Shown here piece after piece: positions 10,770 through 20,359 of a stretch of 64,000 nucleotides of DNA. The notes below the pieces were generated by a model, which made no database searches, had not been told where the DNA came from, and saw nothing but the letters and a program-made list of their open reading frames with translations. Each line of letters opens with the position of its first letter. Position 1 is the stretch's first letter. Source of the stretch: Anaeromyxobacter sp. (GTDB lineage: Bacteria; Myxococcota; Myxococcia; Myxococcales; Anaeromyxobacteraceae); the NCBI GenBank assembly GCA_049840735.1, contig JASGJN010000007.1, positions 1 through 64,000 of the forward strand, given 5' to 3'. Position numbers and translations under genes: made by a program.

Positions 10770-11980
10770 CGCACCTTCATGAGCTTGAAGGCCCAGCCCT
10801 CGACGTCGAAGCGGTGCGTGGCCGTCCCGGTGGCGTCGATCTCGTAGACGGCGGTGGTGGAGTAGTCCGCCGCCGGCATGAGGACGAAGACGCGGTCGTC
10901 GACGCGGAAGGCGGTGTACTGCCCGCCGCCGTAGCCGACGCCGGCCATGGGCGCCGCCTGCATGGTGTCGAGGTCCACGGTCCAGAGGTGATAGCTCGCG
11001 GAGTAGTCCACGTCGCCGAAGGTGGTGTCGGGCCCGAGGTCGTCGCGCTCGGCGTGGTAGACGTTCATGAAGGCGAGGCCGTCGCCGATGTAGAAGAGGT
11101 TGCTGCCCTCGCGGCCGTCGGTCAGCGCGGCGAAGGTGGTGGTGAAGGACGCGTCCAGCGCCTGCTCGCCGGCCTTCACCCGCACCATGCAGTTGCGGGG
11201 GTGCTCCTCGTCCAGCACCGCGGCGGCGATGCTGCCCTGGCCGTTGGAGAAGTAGAGGTTCCCGGCCTCGTCGCGGCTGGTGATGTGGAGGTGCGGGCAG
11301 GGGGCGTCGAGGACGTCCAGGTACTCCTCGGCGGCCGCGTCGATGACGGCGATGGGCGAGACGCCGGTGTACGCGTGGTACGAGTCGTCGGCGTAGTAGT
11401 AGGGCTGGAAGATGATCCCGTCCCGGACCTCGCTGGCGTAGCCGCGCCGGCGCGCCAGGCCGTCCCGGCTGGCGGGGAGCTCCTCCGAGGGCAGCGCCAG
11501 CGTGGAGGTGATGGCGAAGGCGGCCGGATCCCAGATCACCCAGTCCGAGGTGGCCAGGGCCGTGTAGGCGGTCCCCTCGTCCACGTAGACCACGGCGTCG
11601 AGCGAGGAGGAGGTGTAGGCGCCGAAGCCCAGCGTGGCCTCGTCCACCCAGGTGCCGTCGTCGGCCACCGCGTAGCGGGTCAGGATGGGCGTCTCGCCGC
11701 TGCCGATGACCAGCTTCCCGGCGAACGCGTCCACCGGGGCGTACCCGGCGAACTCGCGGGCGCCGGCCAGCGCCACGGTGCTGCTGCGGTCGAGCGTGTC
11801 GAGGACCGCGACGTAGGTGGTGGTCCCCTGGTCGTCCCAGACGATGCTCTGGATGGCGTAGGCGGGCTGGTCGTAGTGGAGCTCCTGGCCGCCGCCGCCG
11901 CCGTCGCCGCCGCAGGCGGCGAGCAGGGGCGTGAGTCCGGCGAGGAGCAGCGCGGCGAGGCGGGGCACGGTGCGGTTCAT
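10766..11980 (-). CDS. MxcI-like lipoprotein partner of the TonB-dependent receptor
   Basis: Lipobox LAAC, beta-rich acidic sequence with APCP...GNLYFS; the stop overlaps the receptor start. Confidence 0.7.
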   Translation of the reverse strand: MNRTVPRLAALLLAGLTPLLAACGGDGGGGGQELHYDQPAYAIQSIVWDDQGTTTYVAVLDTLDRSSTVALAGAREFAGYAPVDAFAGKLVIGSGETPILTRYAVADDGTWVDEATLGFGAYTSSSLDAVVYVDEGTAYTALATSDWVIWDPAAFAITSTLALPSEELPASRDGLARRRGYASEVRDGIIFQPYYYADDSYHAYTGVSPIAVIDAAAEEYLDVLDAPCPHLHITSRDEAGNLYFSNGQGSIAAAVLDEEHPRNCMVRVKAGEQALDASFTTTFAALTDGREGSNLFYIGDGLAFMNVYHAERDDLGPDTTFGDVDYSASYHLWTVDLDTMQAAPMAGVGYGGGQYTAFRVDDRVFVLMPAADYSTTAVYEIDATGTATHRFDVEGWAFKLMKVR

Positions 11981-12021
11981 TCGTCTTCTCTCCATCGGGG
12001 TGAGCTGCGGGTGAAGCGTCG

Positions 12022-12864
12022 TCAAGGGGCCAGGAAGCGGACGTCGTAGACCGCGGTGGCGGGGGTGGGCCGGCCGGCGCGGTCGAGCCCCGGGCGCCAG
12101 GCCTTGCGGAGCGCGCAGCGGCGGGCCTCGCGCCCGAAGCCGCGCCCGGGCTCGCTCAGGACCGTGGCGCGGGTGGCGCGCCCCTCCGCGCCGACCTCGA
12201 CCCGGAGGCGGACCACCACCGAGCCGCCGTCGAGCGGGTCGGCCTCCGCCGGCCACGGGCAGTCGTCCCAGCGCGAGCTGCCGGCCAGCTGGGGCGGCTG
12301 CGAGCGGTCGGCGGCGGGATCGGTCCCGGTCCCGCCCTCGACGCCGCCCGCACGCGCGCCCGGGTCGGTCACGGCGCGGGTGGAGGTCCCGCCCTGCTGC
12401 GTCGTCCCGCCCGCGTAGGCGGGGCCGCCGCCGACCACCAGCGCGTCGCCGAAGTCGAGCGGCTCCTCCGGCGCCGCGTCCCGGACCAGCGCCTGGCCGG
12501 CCTGGGCGGCGGCCGGCGGGGGCGCGGCGGCGGTGGGCGCGGCGGGAGGCGCCGCGGCCGGAGGTGGCGCGGCCGGAGGCGGCGCCGCGGGCGGAGCGCG
12601 CGCGGCGACGGGAGGAGGCGGCGGCGGAGCCACCGGGGCCACGGGAAGGGGCGGGGGCAGGGGTTCGACGTCCACCCACTGCGTGGCCGGTGCCCGGACC
12701 GGACCCGGGCGCGCGCCCGCCGGCGTGAGCAGGCGGGGCGCGCCCAGCGCCAGGGCCAAGTGGAGCGCGACCGAGAGCGCCACCGCGGCGGCCGCCGGCC
12801 GGGGCCGGCGGCCGGGTATGCCGTCGAGCGGGCTCGCCGCGGCGTCGGGCAGGCCGGCGATCAT
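12022..12864 (-). CDS. tonB: TonB family energy transducer
   Basis: N-terminal TM with SVALH, Pro/Ala-rich linker and a C-terminal TonB domain. Confidence 0.85.
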   Translation of the reverse strand: MIAGLPDAAASPLDGIPGRRPRPAAAAVALSVALHLALALGAPRLLTPAGARPGPVRAPATQWVDVEPLPPPLPVAPVAPPPPPPVAARAPPAAPPPAAPPPAAAPPAAPTAAAPPPAAAQAGQALVRDAAPEEPLDFGDALVVGGGPAYAGGTTQQGGTSTRAVTDPGARAGGVEGGTGTDPAADRSQPPQLAGSSRWDDCPWPAEADPLDGGSVVVRLRVEVGAEGRATRATVLSEPGRGFGREARRCALRKAWRPGLDRAGRPTPATAVYDVRFLAP

Positions 12865-13319
12865 GGGCGGACCGGCGCCGCGGGCACCGCGGGCACCGCG
12901 GGCACCGCGGGCGCGGCGGGCGCGACGGCGAAGGCGATGCGCGCCACGCCCGCCTGGCGCAGCAGGTCGAGCGCGGCCATCACGCGGGCGTGGGCGACGC
13001 TGCCGTCGGCCTGGATCACCGCGCGCAGCTCGGGCGCGGCCGCCAGGGCCTGGCGCGCGCGGCGCACCAGCTCGGCCTCGCCCTGCACCGGCGCGCCGTC
13101 AACGGCCGTGCTGCCGTCGGCCAGGAGCGAGATCGCGAACACCTGCTGCACGTCGGCGCTGGTGGCGGCCCGCGGCAGGTCCACCGGGAGCCCGCGGGAG
13201 ACCACCAGGCGGGCGGTCACCATGAACACGATGAGCAGCACCAGCGTGATGTCCACCAGCGGCGTCACGTTGATGCTGGTGATGGGCGCGCCGGGGCGCG
13301 AGCCGGAGGCGGCGGCCAT
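12861..13319 (-). CDS. exbD: ExbD/TolR biopolymer transporter
   Basis: INVTPLVDITLVLLIVFMVTA and VIQADGSVAH motifs. Confidence 0.92.
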   Translation of the reverse strand: MAAASGSRPGAPITSINVTPLVDITLVLLIVFMVTARLVVSRGLPVDLPRAATSADVQQVFAISLLADGSTAVDGAPVQGEAELVRRARQALAAAPELRAVIQADGSVAHARVMAALDLLRQAGVARIAFAVAPAAPAVPAVPAVPAAPVRP

Positions 13320-13321
13320 GG

Positions 13322-14062
13322 CTACTCCAGCACCGCCGCGCGGCCGGCGCCGTCCGCCGCCCGCGGCTCGAGCTCCAGGTCCTCGGCGCCGTCCGGCTCC
13401 GGGCGTGCGGCCTGCGCCTGGAGGTGCGCCAGCACCACGTGCCCGAGCGTGTCGCCATCGGCCAGCGCGGCCGCCACGCGCGTCTGCAGGTGGTTGTAGA
13501 GGGCCACCGCGGGGATGGCCACGAGCAGGCCCACCGCGGTGGCCACCAGCGCCTCGGCGATGGTGCTCATCACCCGCTCCGGCGCCAGGCCGGCCGCCCC
13601 GGCCACGGCCCCGGCCAGCGCCTGCGGTCGGCCCAGCGCGTCGAAGGCGCCGATGACGCCGATCACCGTCCCCAGGAGCCCCACGAACGGCGCGTTGTTC
13701 CCGACCGTGCCCAGGAACATGAGGCGCCGCTCCAGCCGCCGGCGCTCCAGCCCGGCCGCGGCCGCCATCGCCTCCCCGGCCGCGCCCGGACCGCCGTCCG
13801 CCTCGGCCAGCCCGGCCGCGGCGATGGTGCACGCGGGGTGAGGGGACGCCCGGAGCAGCCGGCCGGCGCCGCCCAGGTCGCCGGCGCGCAGCGCGGCGCG
13901 GAGCTTCCTCACGACCTCGGGCAGGTCGGCGGACGCCCCGGCGCGCAGCACCAGGAGCCGCTCCACCCCCACCGCCACCGAGGCGAGGCTCAGGGCCAGG
14001 AGCGCCCAGAGAACCCACTCCGCCCCCGACGCGATCATGGCCCGCGAAAGCTGTTCGACCAC
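13322..14062 (-). CDS. exbB: ExbB/TolQ/MotA proton channel protein
   Basis: LGTVGNNAPFVGLLGTVIG and EALVATAVGLLVAIPA motifs. Confidence 0.92.
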   Translation of the reverse strand: MVEQLSRAMIASGAEWVLWALLALSLASVAVGVERLLVLRAGASADLPEVVRKLRAALRAGDLGGAGRLLRASPHPACTIAAAGLAEADGGPGAAGEAMAAAAGLERRRLERRLMFLGTVGNNAPFVGLLGTVIGVIGAFDALGRPQALAGAVAGAAGLAPERVMSTIAEALVATAVGLLVAIPAVALYNHLQTRVAAALADGDTLGHVVLAHLQAQAARPEPDGAEDLELEPRAADGAGRAAVLE

Positions 14063-14106
14063 CGGTCCTCCTCTGGTGCGCCTGGCGACACCCTGTTACA
14101 GTGCAG

Positions 14107-14123
14107 TTGAGACAACGTCGCAC
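14107..14123. promoter_or_regulatory. Putative Fur-type operator
   Basis: Near-palindrome TTGAGAC-AAC-GTCGCAC between the divergent exbB and PepSY iron genes. Confidence 0.5.
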
Positions 14124-14199
14124 GTTCATCATGTCCGGCCAGGTCTTGTCAATGCCTGAATCGGCGCCGCGACGACGCGGCATGGCACTCGAGGAGCGC

Positions 14200-15376
14200 A
14201 TGATTTCAGCGAAATCGGTTCACGCATGGTGCTGGGTGCACCGCTGGTCGAGCCTGATCTGTACCCCTTTCTTGTTGCTGCTATGTCTCACTGGGTTGCC
14301 GCTCATCTTCCATGAGGAGATTCGAGCACCTCTCAGGCGAAGGGGTGAGGACCGCTCCCGTGGATGGGGGGGGCACGCGGGCCTCCATGGACCGGGTGGT
14401 GGCCGCGGCGATGGCGGGCGGCCCGCAGGGCGAGGTGGTGCGGTTCCTCAGCTTGCCGGCCGACCAGCCCGACGTGATCTGGGTGGGGATCGGCCGGTCG
14501 GCCTCCGCGGCGGCGGAGGAGAACCGCTGGGTGGCGCTGGACGCGCGCACGGCCGAGCCCCTCCGCAGCGAGGCGGCCGGCGAGACCGGCGTCATGGACG
14601 TCATCCTCAGGCTGCACGTGGATCTCTACGCCGGCCTCCCGGGCAAGCTCTTCCTGGGCGCCATGGGGCTGCTCTTCGTGGTGGCGACGGTGAGCGGTGT
14701 GGTGGTCTACGGACCGTTCACCCGGCGCCTCGGGTTCGGCGAGGTCCGGGCGCAGCGGCCTCGCCGCATCCGCTGGCTCGACCTGCACAACCTGATGGGG
14801 ATCGCGACGGTGGTGTGGGCGCTGCTGGTGGGCGTCACCGGGGTGGTGGAGACGCTCGCCGACGTGGTGCTGGGGGCCTGGCGCGTGGGACAGCTGGCCG
14901 AGATGACGGCCCCGTACGCCGGCCAGCCGCCGGTGGAGCGGCTGGGCTCGGTGGAGGCTGCGCTGCAGGGGGCGCAGGCGGCGCTGCCGGGGACCGACGT
15001 GGCCTGGGTGGCCTTCCCGGGCACCGACTACTCGAGCCAGCACCACCTGGCGGTCTTCATGCGCGGGCGGACGCCGCTCACCTCGCGCCTCTACGAGCCG
15101 GTGCTGGTGGACGCCGCGACCGGCGAGGTGACCGACGTCCGGGCGCCGCCCTGGTACGTGACCCTGGTCTTCCTCGCCCAGCCCCTCCACTTCGGCGACT
15201 ACGGCGGCCTGCCGCTCAAGGTGGTCTGGGCGCTGCTGGACCTGGTCGTGGTGGCACTGCTCGCCACCGGCTTCTACCTGTGGGTCGCCAGGCGCGCCGT
15301 GCCGCTGGAGGCGCGGCTGGCGCCGGAGGAGCCCGCCCCGGCGCAGGCGGCGGCCGCGGTGGAGGTGGCGCAGTGA
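14200..15376 (+). CDS. PepSY-associated TM helix domain protein (putative ferri-siderophore reductase); frameshift at ~14321
   Basis: WVHRWSSLICTPFLLLLCLTGLPLIFHEEI, LRLHVDL, DLHNLMG and PLHFGDYGG motifs. Confidence 0.88.
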
Positions 15377-15612
15377 GGCCCGGCGAGCTCGGGGCGTGGC
15401 GGCGCTTCGGTCCGCCGGTGCTCCTCGGCCTGCTCGGCGCCATGGGGCTGGCCGCGGCGCTGCTCGGCGACGGCCGCTGGGACACCCTGGGCTGGCTGGC
15501 GGTGGGCGCCCCCCTCCTGCCCATCGGCCGGGGCGTCAGGACTCGACCAGCCGGATGGTCCAGAAGTCGGACGCGAGCTGGCGATCCGTCAGGTACGCGT
15601 ACGGCATCGTGA
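15373..15612 (+). CDS. Small membrane protein coupled to the PepSY gene
   Basis: GTGA overlap with the PepSY stop; two hydrophobic segments around GDGRWD. The 3' end overlaps the convergent peptidase. Confidence 0.55.
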   Translation: MRPGELGAWRRFGPPVLLGLLGAMGLAAALLGDGRWDTLGWLAVGAPLLPIGRGVRTRPAGWSRSRTRAGDPSGTRTAS

Positions 15613-16339
15613 AGTGGCCGTCCTTGCCCCAGTCCGCGCCCCAGGAGTTCCGGACCAGGAACCGCTGCTTCGCGTCGTCGTAGCCCATGGCCAGCACGGC
15701 GTGGCCGCCCATCACCTGCTCGTCGCCGCCGGGCAGGTCGAGCACGCCGGAGCGCGCCACCCGGTCGGACTCGAACCCGGAGTAGACGGTGAAGCCGAAG
15801 ACGAAGGGGTACCCGGAGGCCAGGCAGGCGCGCAGCTGCATGAGCACCTGCGGCACGCGCCGGTAGGCCAGGATCTGGTGCTTCAGCCCGAAGCCGAAGC
15901 AGGCGCGCGGGGGGCGCTGCGTGAAGCGCTGGACGTCGTAGGGCCAGGCGTCCGGCGCGGGCTTGCGGCCGGCGCCCTCGGGGCACACGCCCAGCTTGGC
16001 CACCGCCTTCATGCCGTCGCGGATCTGGGCGCCGCTGTCCTGCTCGACGGTGCCCTCGATGAGGCGCTCGTTGTAGTAGATGAAGAGCCGCGAGGGGGTG
16101 AAGTCGGGCCGCTCGCCGGCCTTCCTGCGGGTGAACTGGACGGCCGCGGCGATGGCGTTTCCGGTGCAGCTCCCCAGCTCGCCCTGGTCGTAGGCAGGCA
16201 CCTTGAACGACGCCCGCAGGTCGACCACCCGCGGGAGCGGCTTGCGGGCGCGCGGGGCGGCATAGGCGAGGTCCCGCTGATCCGGCAGATCGGGGACCCA
16301 GCCGTACCACTTCACGTTGCGTGTCGGCAGCCTCGGCAT
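15536..16339 (-). CDS. C1 (papain-like) cysteine peptidase
   Basis: DQGELGSCTGNA, GGHAVLAMGYDD and VRNSWGADWG motifs. Confidence 0.93.
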   Translation of the reverse strand: MPRLPTRNVKWYGWVPDLPDQRDLAYAAPRARKPLPRVVDLRASFKVPAYDQGELGSCTGNAIAAAVQFTRRKAGERPDFTPSRLFIYYNERLIEGTVEQDSGAQIRDGMKAVAKLGVCPEGAGRKPAPDAWPYDVQRFTQRPPRACFGFGLKHQILAYRRVPQVLMQLRACLASGYPFVFGFTVYSGFESDRVARSGVLDLPGGDEQVMGGHAVLAMGYDDAKQRFLVRNSWGADWGKDGHFTMPYAYLTDRQLASDFWTIRLVES

Positions 16340-16469
16340 GTGCGCTCCTCCCGTCGCGCCATCGTCGCGGCCTCCGGCGCGGGTGTCGACCCTCGGCGCG
16401 GGTTCACTCCGAGGCGGGGTGGCCTGCCGGCCGGGCCGCGCGCGGTGCGCGGGGTGTATCGTGCGCCGC

Positions 16470-16775
16470 ATGAAGCACCTCCTGCTCATCTACGACGTCA
16501 GCCCCGACTACCTCACGCGCCGCGCCCAGTTCCGGCAGGAGCACCTGGCCAAGGCCTGGGCGGCCGCGGACCGGGGCGAGCTGCTGCTGGGCGGCGCGCT
16601 GACCGACCCGGCCGACACGGCCATCCTCCTCTTCGCGGCGGAGTCGCCGGAGGTCGTGCACGCCTTCGTGCGCGAGGACCCCTACGTCGCGAACGGCCTC
16701 GTGCGTCAGTGGCGCGTGCGGGAGTGGACCACGGTGGTGGGGCCGGGCGCGGCCACGCCGCTGCGGGCGGGCTGA
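16470..16775 (+). CDS. YciI family protein
   Basis: RAQFRQEHL, LLLGGAL and DPYVANGLV motifs. Confidence 0.9.
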   Translation: MKHLLLIYDVSPDYLTRRAQFRQEHLAKAWAAADRGELLLGGALTDPADTAILLFAAESPEVVHAFVREDPYVANGLVRQWRVREWTTVVGPGAATPLRAG

Positions 16776-16981
16776 TCCGGGCGGGCTGTATCGGGCGGGC
16801 GCCGCCCGTGCGGTGGCCGGAACCCAGGGTTGAGGCGCACTGCGCCGAGGCCGGCTCCTGGTGCGGCCCGGCCCCGGTGCGTCTTGACCCAGGGTGAGCC
16901 CTGGTGCGCGGGGAGGCCTGCCCTGGGGCCGCGCAACCACGCGTCATGGCTGGCTTCCCAGGCTCGGCGTGGAGCCGGAGG

Positions 16982-16998
16982 CTGGCCTCCCAGATGCA
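16982..16998 (+). promoter_or_regulatory. Putative sigma54 (-24/-12) promoter of MCP1
   Basis: CTGGCCTCCCAGATGCA = GG-N10-GC, about 40 bp before the ATG. Confidence 0.5.
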
Positions 16999-17035
16999 CC
17001 GGCTCGCCCAGCCGCCGCGGCGGCTGGAGGCACGC

Positions 17036-19726
17036 ATGAGGCTCGGGCTGGGTCGCAGGGTGCAGGTGCTGCTGGCGCTGGCGGTGGCGCTGGTCGTCGG
17101 GGTGGGCGCGACGGGCATCGTCGCCACCCGCTCGCTGGCGGGCATCGTCCGCCAGTACTCGGAGCGCGAGGTGCCGGCGCTCCACTCGCTGGCCGACCTC
17201 TCGGCCAGCGTCGGCCGGGCCTCCACGGTCGCCTCCGCGGTGGAGAACGGCCTGCTCGACGTGGCCGCCCACGCCGCCGCCCGCGAGGCGCTGGTGGTGC
17301 AGATGAAGGCGCTGCAGGACGCGGTCGAGGCCTACGACGACGCCACCGAGGACGGCGCCGCCCAGGCGGCGGTGGTGGCCGCGGTCCAGGAGTGGCGGTC
17401 CCACGCCGACGCGCTGGTGGATCAGGCCAGGGCCCGCGACGCGGTGGCCGACCGGTTCGCCGAGGCGGCGGCCCAGCAGTCGAAGGTGACCGCCAGCTAC
17501 GAGGACCTGCGCCAGGACACCGTGAAGGTGCTGGAGGCGCTGGCGTCGGCCTCCGCCGAGGTGAAGGCCGGCGCCGACCAGGTGAACGCCCGCGGGCAGT
17601 CGCTGGCCGCCTGGGCCAACGGCAGCATGGTGGCGGCCCTGCTGCTGGGCGCCGCGCTGCTGCTGCTGCTGGGTGGCCCCATCGTGCGCGGCGTGCGCCG
17701 GGGCGTCGCGGGGCTGCGCGGGCAGGCCCAGGCCCTGGAGGCCGCGGTGGCCGCCGGCCGGCTCGGCGAGCGCGCCGAGCTGGACGCGGTGGACCCGGAG
17801 TTCCAGCCGGTCCTCGCCGGCATGAACGCCACCATGGACGCGGTCCAGCGCCCGGTGGCGGTCGCGGCCGACTACCTGGGCCGCGTGGCCCGCGGCGAGA
17901 TCCCGCCGCAGCTCACCGAGAAATGGGAGGGCGACTTCGGCGCCATCGAGGCGGCGCTGAACGGCTGCATCTCCACGCTGGACGGCCTGCTCACCGACAT
18001 GGACCGCATGTCCAGGGCGCAGGTGGCGGGCGACATCGAGGCCTTCGTGGATCCGGCCCGGTTCCAGGGCGCCTGGAGGAACCTGGCCGGCGGCGTGAAC
18101 GCCGGCGTGAAGCTGCACGTGGACGCCATCCTCGAGTTCCTGAAGGTGCTCGAGGCCTACGGGAGCGGCGACTTCGCTCCCCGGCTGCGCCCGTTCCCGG
18201 GCAAGCAGGCCCTGGCCAACCAGGTGGTGGACGGGGTGCGCGACAACCTGCGGGCGGTGGCCGAGCAGGTGCAGGCGCTCACCGGCGCCGCCGTGGCCGG
18301 CCGCCTGGACGCGCGGGCCGACGCCGCGCGGTTCCAGGGGGACTGGCGCAAGCTGGTGGAGGGCGTCAACGGGACGCTGGACGCGGTGGTGGGGCCGCTC
18401 ACGGTGGCCGCGCGGGCCCTGGAGCGGATCGCCGCCGGCGACGTCCCGGCCGCCATCACCGGGCAGTACCAGGGCGAGTTCGCCCGCATCCGCGACAGCC
18501 TCAACCAGTGCATCGCCGCGGTGGGCCGGCTGGTGGCCGACGCCGACGGGCTCTCCCGCGCCGCGGTGGCCGGGCAGCTCTCCACCCGCGCCGACGCGAG
18601 CCGCCACCAGGGCGACTTCCGCAGGATCGTGGACGGCGTGAACCGGACCCTCGACGCCGTGCTGGCCCCGGTCAACGAGGCCGCCGGCGCGCTGGAGCGG
18701 CTGGCCCGGCGCGACCTCCGCGCCCGCGTGCAGGGCGACTACCAGGGCGATCACGCCCGCATCCAGCGGGCGGTCAACACCACCGGGGAGGCGCTGGAGG
18801 ACGCGCTGCGCCAGGTGGCGGCGGCGGTCGAGCAGGTCTCCTCCGCGGCCAGCCAGATCGCCTCCTCCTCGCAGGCGGTCGCCTCCGGCGCCTCCGAGCA
18901 GGCCTCGGCGCTCACCGAGACCAGCGCCTCGCTCGAGTCGGTGGGCGGCATCACCCAGCAGGCCGCGGCCAGCGCCCAGCAGGCCAGCGTGCTGGCCGTG
19001 GGCGCCCGCAGCGCCGCGACCGACGGCACCGGCGCGGTGGACCAGCTGCAGGACGCGATGGTGAAGATCAAGCAGTCGGCGGAGGGGACCTCGCAGATCA
19101 TCCGCGACGTCTCGGACATCGCCTTCCAGACCAACCTGCTGGCGCTCAACGCCGCGGTGGAGGCGGCCCGGGCCGGCGAGGCCGGCCGCGGCTTCGCGGT
19201 GGTGGCCGAGGAGGTCCGCTCGCTGGCCCTGCGCGCCAAGGAGGCGGCCACCAAGACCGAGGAGCTGATCCGCCAGTCGGTGAAGCAGGCGGCCGACGGC
19301 GAGCTGGCCGCGCGGCAGGTGGCGGGCAAGCTGGGCGAGATCGCCCAGGGCGTCTCGAAGGTCACCGACATCGTGGCGGAGATCGCGGCCGCGGCCAGGG
19401 AGCAGTCGGCCGGCATCGGCCAGGTCGCCTCGGCCATCGGCGAGATGGACAAGGTCACGCAGCAGAACGCCGCCAGCGCCGAGGAGTCCTCCTCCGCCGC
19501 CAGCGAGCTCTCCAGCCAGGCCGAGGAGCTGGCCGCCATGGTCGGCACCTTCCAGCTCGAACGCGAGGGCGGCCGCACGCCGCCTCCGCGCAAGGGGGCC
19601 CGGCCGCAGCTGGCCGCCGCGCCCGAGCGCCTGGCCCCCCCGGCCCGGCCGGGCGGGCGCGCCCGGCGCGACGCGCGCGACAGCGCCTTCCCCATGGACG
19701 ACGACGCCGAGATCCGGGACTTCTGA
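17036..19726 (+). CDS. Methyl-accepting chemotaxis protein (helical periplasmic sensor, poly-HAMP)
   Basis: Two TM segments, repeated F.G.W..L..GVN HAMP units, signalling tip [35 protein letters not shown]-terminus [12 protein letters not shown]. Confidence 0.95.
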   Translation: MRLGLGRRVQVLLALAVALVVGVGATGIVATRSLAGIVRQYSEREVPALHSLADLSASVGRASTVASAVENGLLDVAAHAAAREALVVQMKALQDAVEAYDDATEDGAAQAAVVAAVQEWRSHADALVDQARARDAVADRFAEAAAQQSKVTASYEDLRQDTVKVLEALASASAEVKAGADQVNARGQSLAAWANGSMVAALLLGAALLLLLGGPIVRGVRRGVAGLRGQAQALEAAVAAGRLGERAELDAVDPEFQPVLAGMNATMDAVQRPVAVAADYLGRVARGEIPPQLTEKWEGDFGAIEAALNGCISTLDGLLTDMDRMSRAQVAGDIEAFVDPARFQGAWRNLAGGVNAGVKLHVDAILEFLKVLEAYGSGDFAPRLRPFPGKQALANQVVDGVRDNLRAVAEQVQALTGAAVAGRLDARADAARFQGDWRKLVEGVNGTLDAVVGPLTVAARALERIAAGDVPAAITGQYQGEFARIRDSLNQCIAAVGRLVADADGLSRAAVAGQLSTRADASRHQGDFRRIVDGVNRTLDAVLAPVNEAAGALERLARRDLRARVQGDYQGDHARIQRAVNTTGEALEDALRQVAAAVEQVSSAASQIASSSQAVASGASEQASALTETSASLESVGGITQQAAASAQQASVLAVGARSAATDGTGAVDQLQDAMVKIKQSAEGTSQIIRDVSDIAFQTNLLALNAAVEAARAGEAGRGFAVVAEEVRSLALRAKEAATKTEELIRQSVKQAADGELAARQVAGKLGEIAQGVSKVTDIVAEIAAAAREQSAGIGQVASAIGEMDKVTQQNAASAEESSSAASELSSQAEELAAMVGTFQLEREGGRTPPPRKGARPQLAAAPERLAPPARPGGRARRDARDSAFPMDDDAEIRDF

Positions 19727-19751
19727 ACCCCGCTGCCCTGAGGAGACGCAC

Positions 19752-20201
19752 ATGAACAAGCTGCTCACCGCCGCCCTGCTGGCCGTCCTCCCCCTCGCCG
19801 CCCTGGCGCAGGACCGCGCCACCACCAAGGACGCGGAGGCGATGGTCCACCGCGCCGTCGAGTACCTCCAGAAGGAGGGGAAGGAGAAGGCCTTCGCGAC
19901 CTTCAGCGACCCCAAGGGCGCGTTCACCTACCGTGACCTCTACATCGTGGTCTACGACCTGGACGGCAAGTGCCTGGCCCACGGCGCCAAGAAGGCGCGC
20001 ATCGGCAAGCCGCTGGCCGGCGACAAGGACGCCGACGGCAAGCTCTTCATCAAGGAGCGCATCGACGTCGCCAAGGCGAACGGCAAGGGCTGGCAGGAGT
20101 ACCGGTTCGAGAACCCGGCCACCAAGGCCGTCGAGCACAAGGTGGCCTACTTCGAGAAGGCCGGCGACGTGATCATCGCCTGCGGCGCCTACAAGCCGTA
20201 G
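19752..20201 (+). CDS. Stand-alone secreted single Cache domain protein
   Basis: Signal peptide; DLYIVVYDLDGKCLAHG, DADGKLFI, GWQEYRFENP and CGAY motifs. Confidence 0.88.
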   Translation: MNKLLTAALLAVLPLAALAQDRATTKDAEAMVHRAVEYLQKEGKEKAFATFSDPKGAFTYRDLYIVVYDLDGKCLAHGAKKARIGKPLAGDKDADGKLFIKERIDVAKANGKGWQEYRFENPATKAVEHKVAYFEKAGDVIIACGAYKP

Positions 20202-20359
20202 CGCGGGCCTCGGGCCCGTCACCGGTGAATCGGAAGTGCGGGTGCGAGCCGTCTCCACGCCGCCGCACCCGGCGTCCCTAGGTCGCGGGACATCCCCCTA
20301 TCAACCTACACCCGCCAGGGGGTAACGATGCGGGACTTCCCCAGCCTGGAGTCCTGCCG

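Noticed and set aside
12880..12910. 9-bp tandem repeat GCGGGCACC
   Set aside because: It encodes the PAVPAVPA low-complexity tail of ExbD; in frame and unremarkable.
16780..17030. Cyclic-dinucleotide (GEMM) riboswitch upstream of MCP1; also checked upstream of MCP2
   Set aside because: I could not find the conserved GNRA-tetraloop/receptor and GCAAA-type core on the coding strand.
16706..19927. 1073-aa minus-strand ORF, and similar giant ORFs such as 33644..37729 and 38697..41156
   Set aside because: They are antisense or off-frame shadows of real genes in high-GC DNA, with low-complexity R/G/A/P composition and no motifs.
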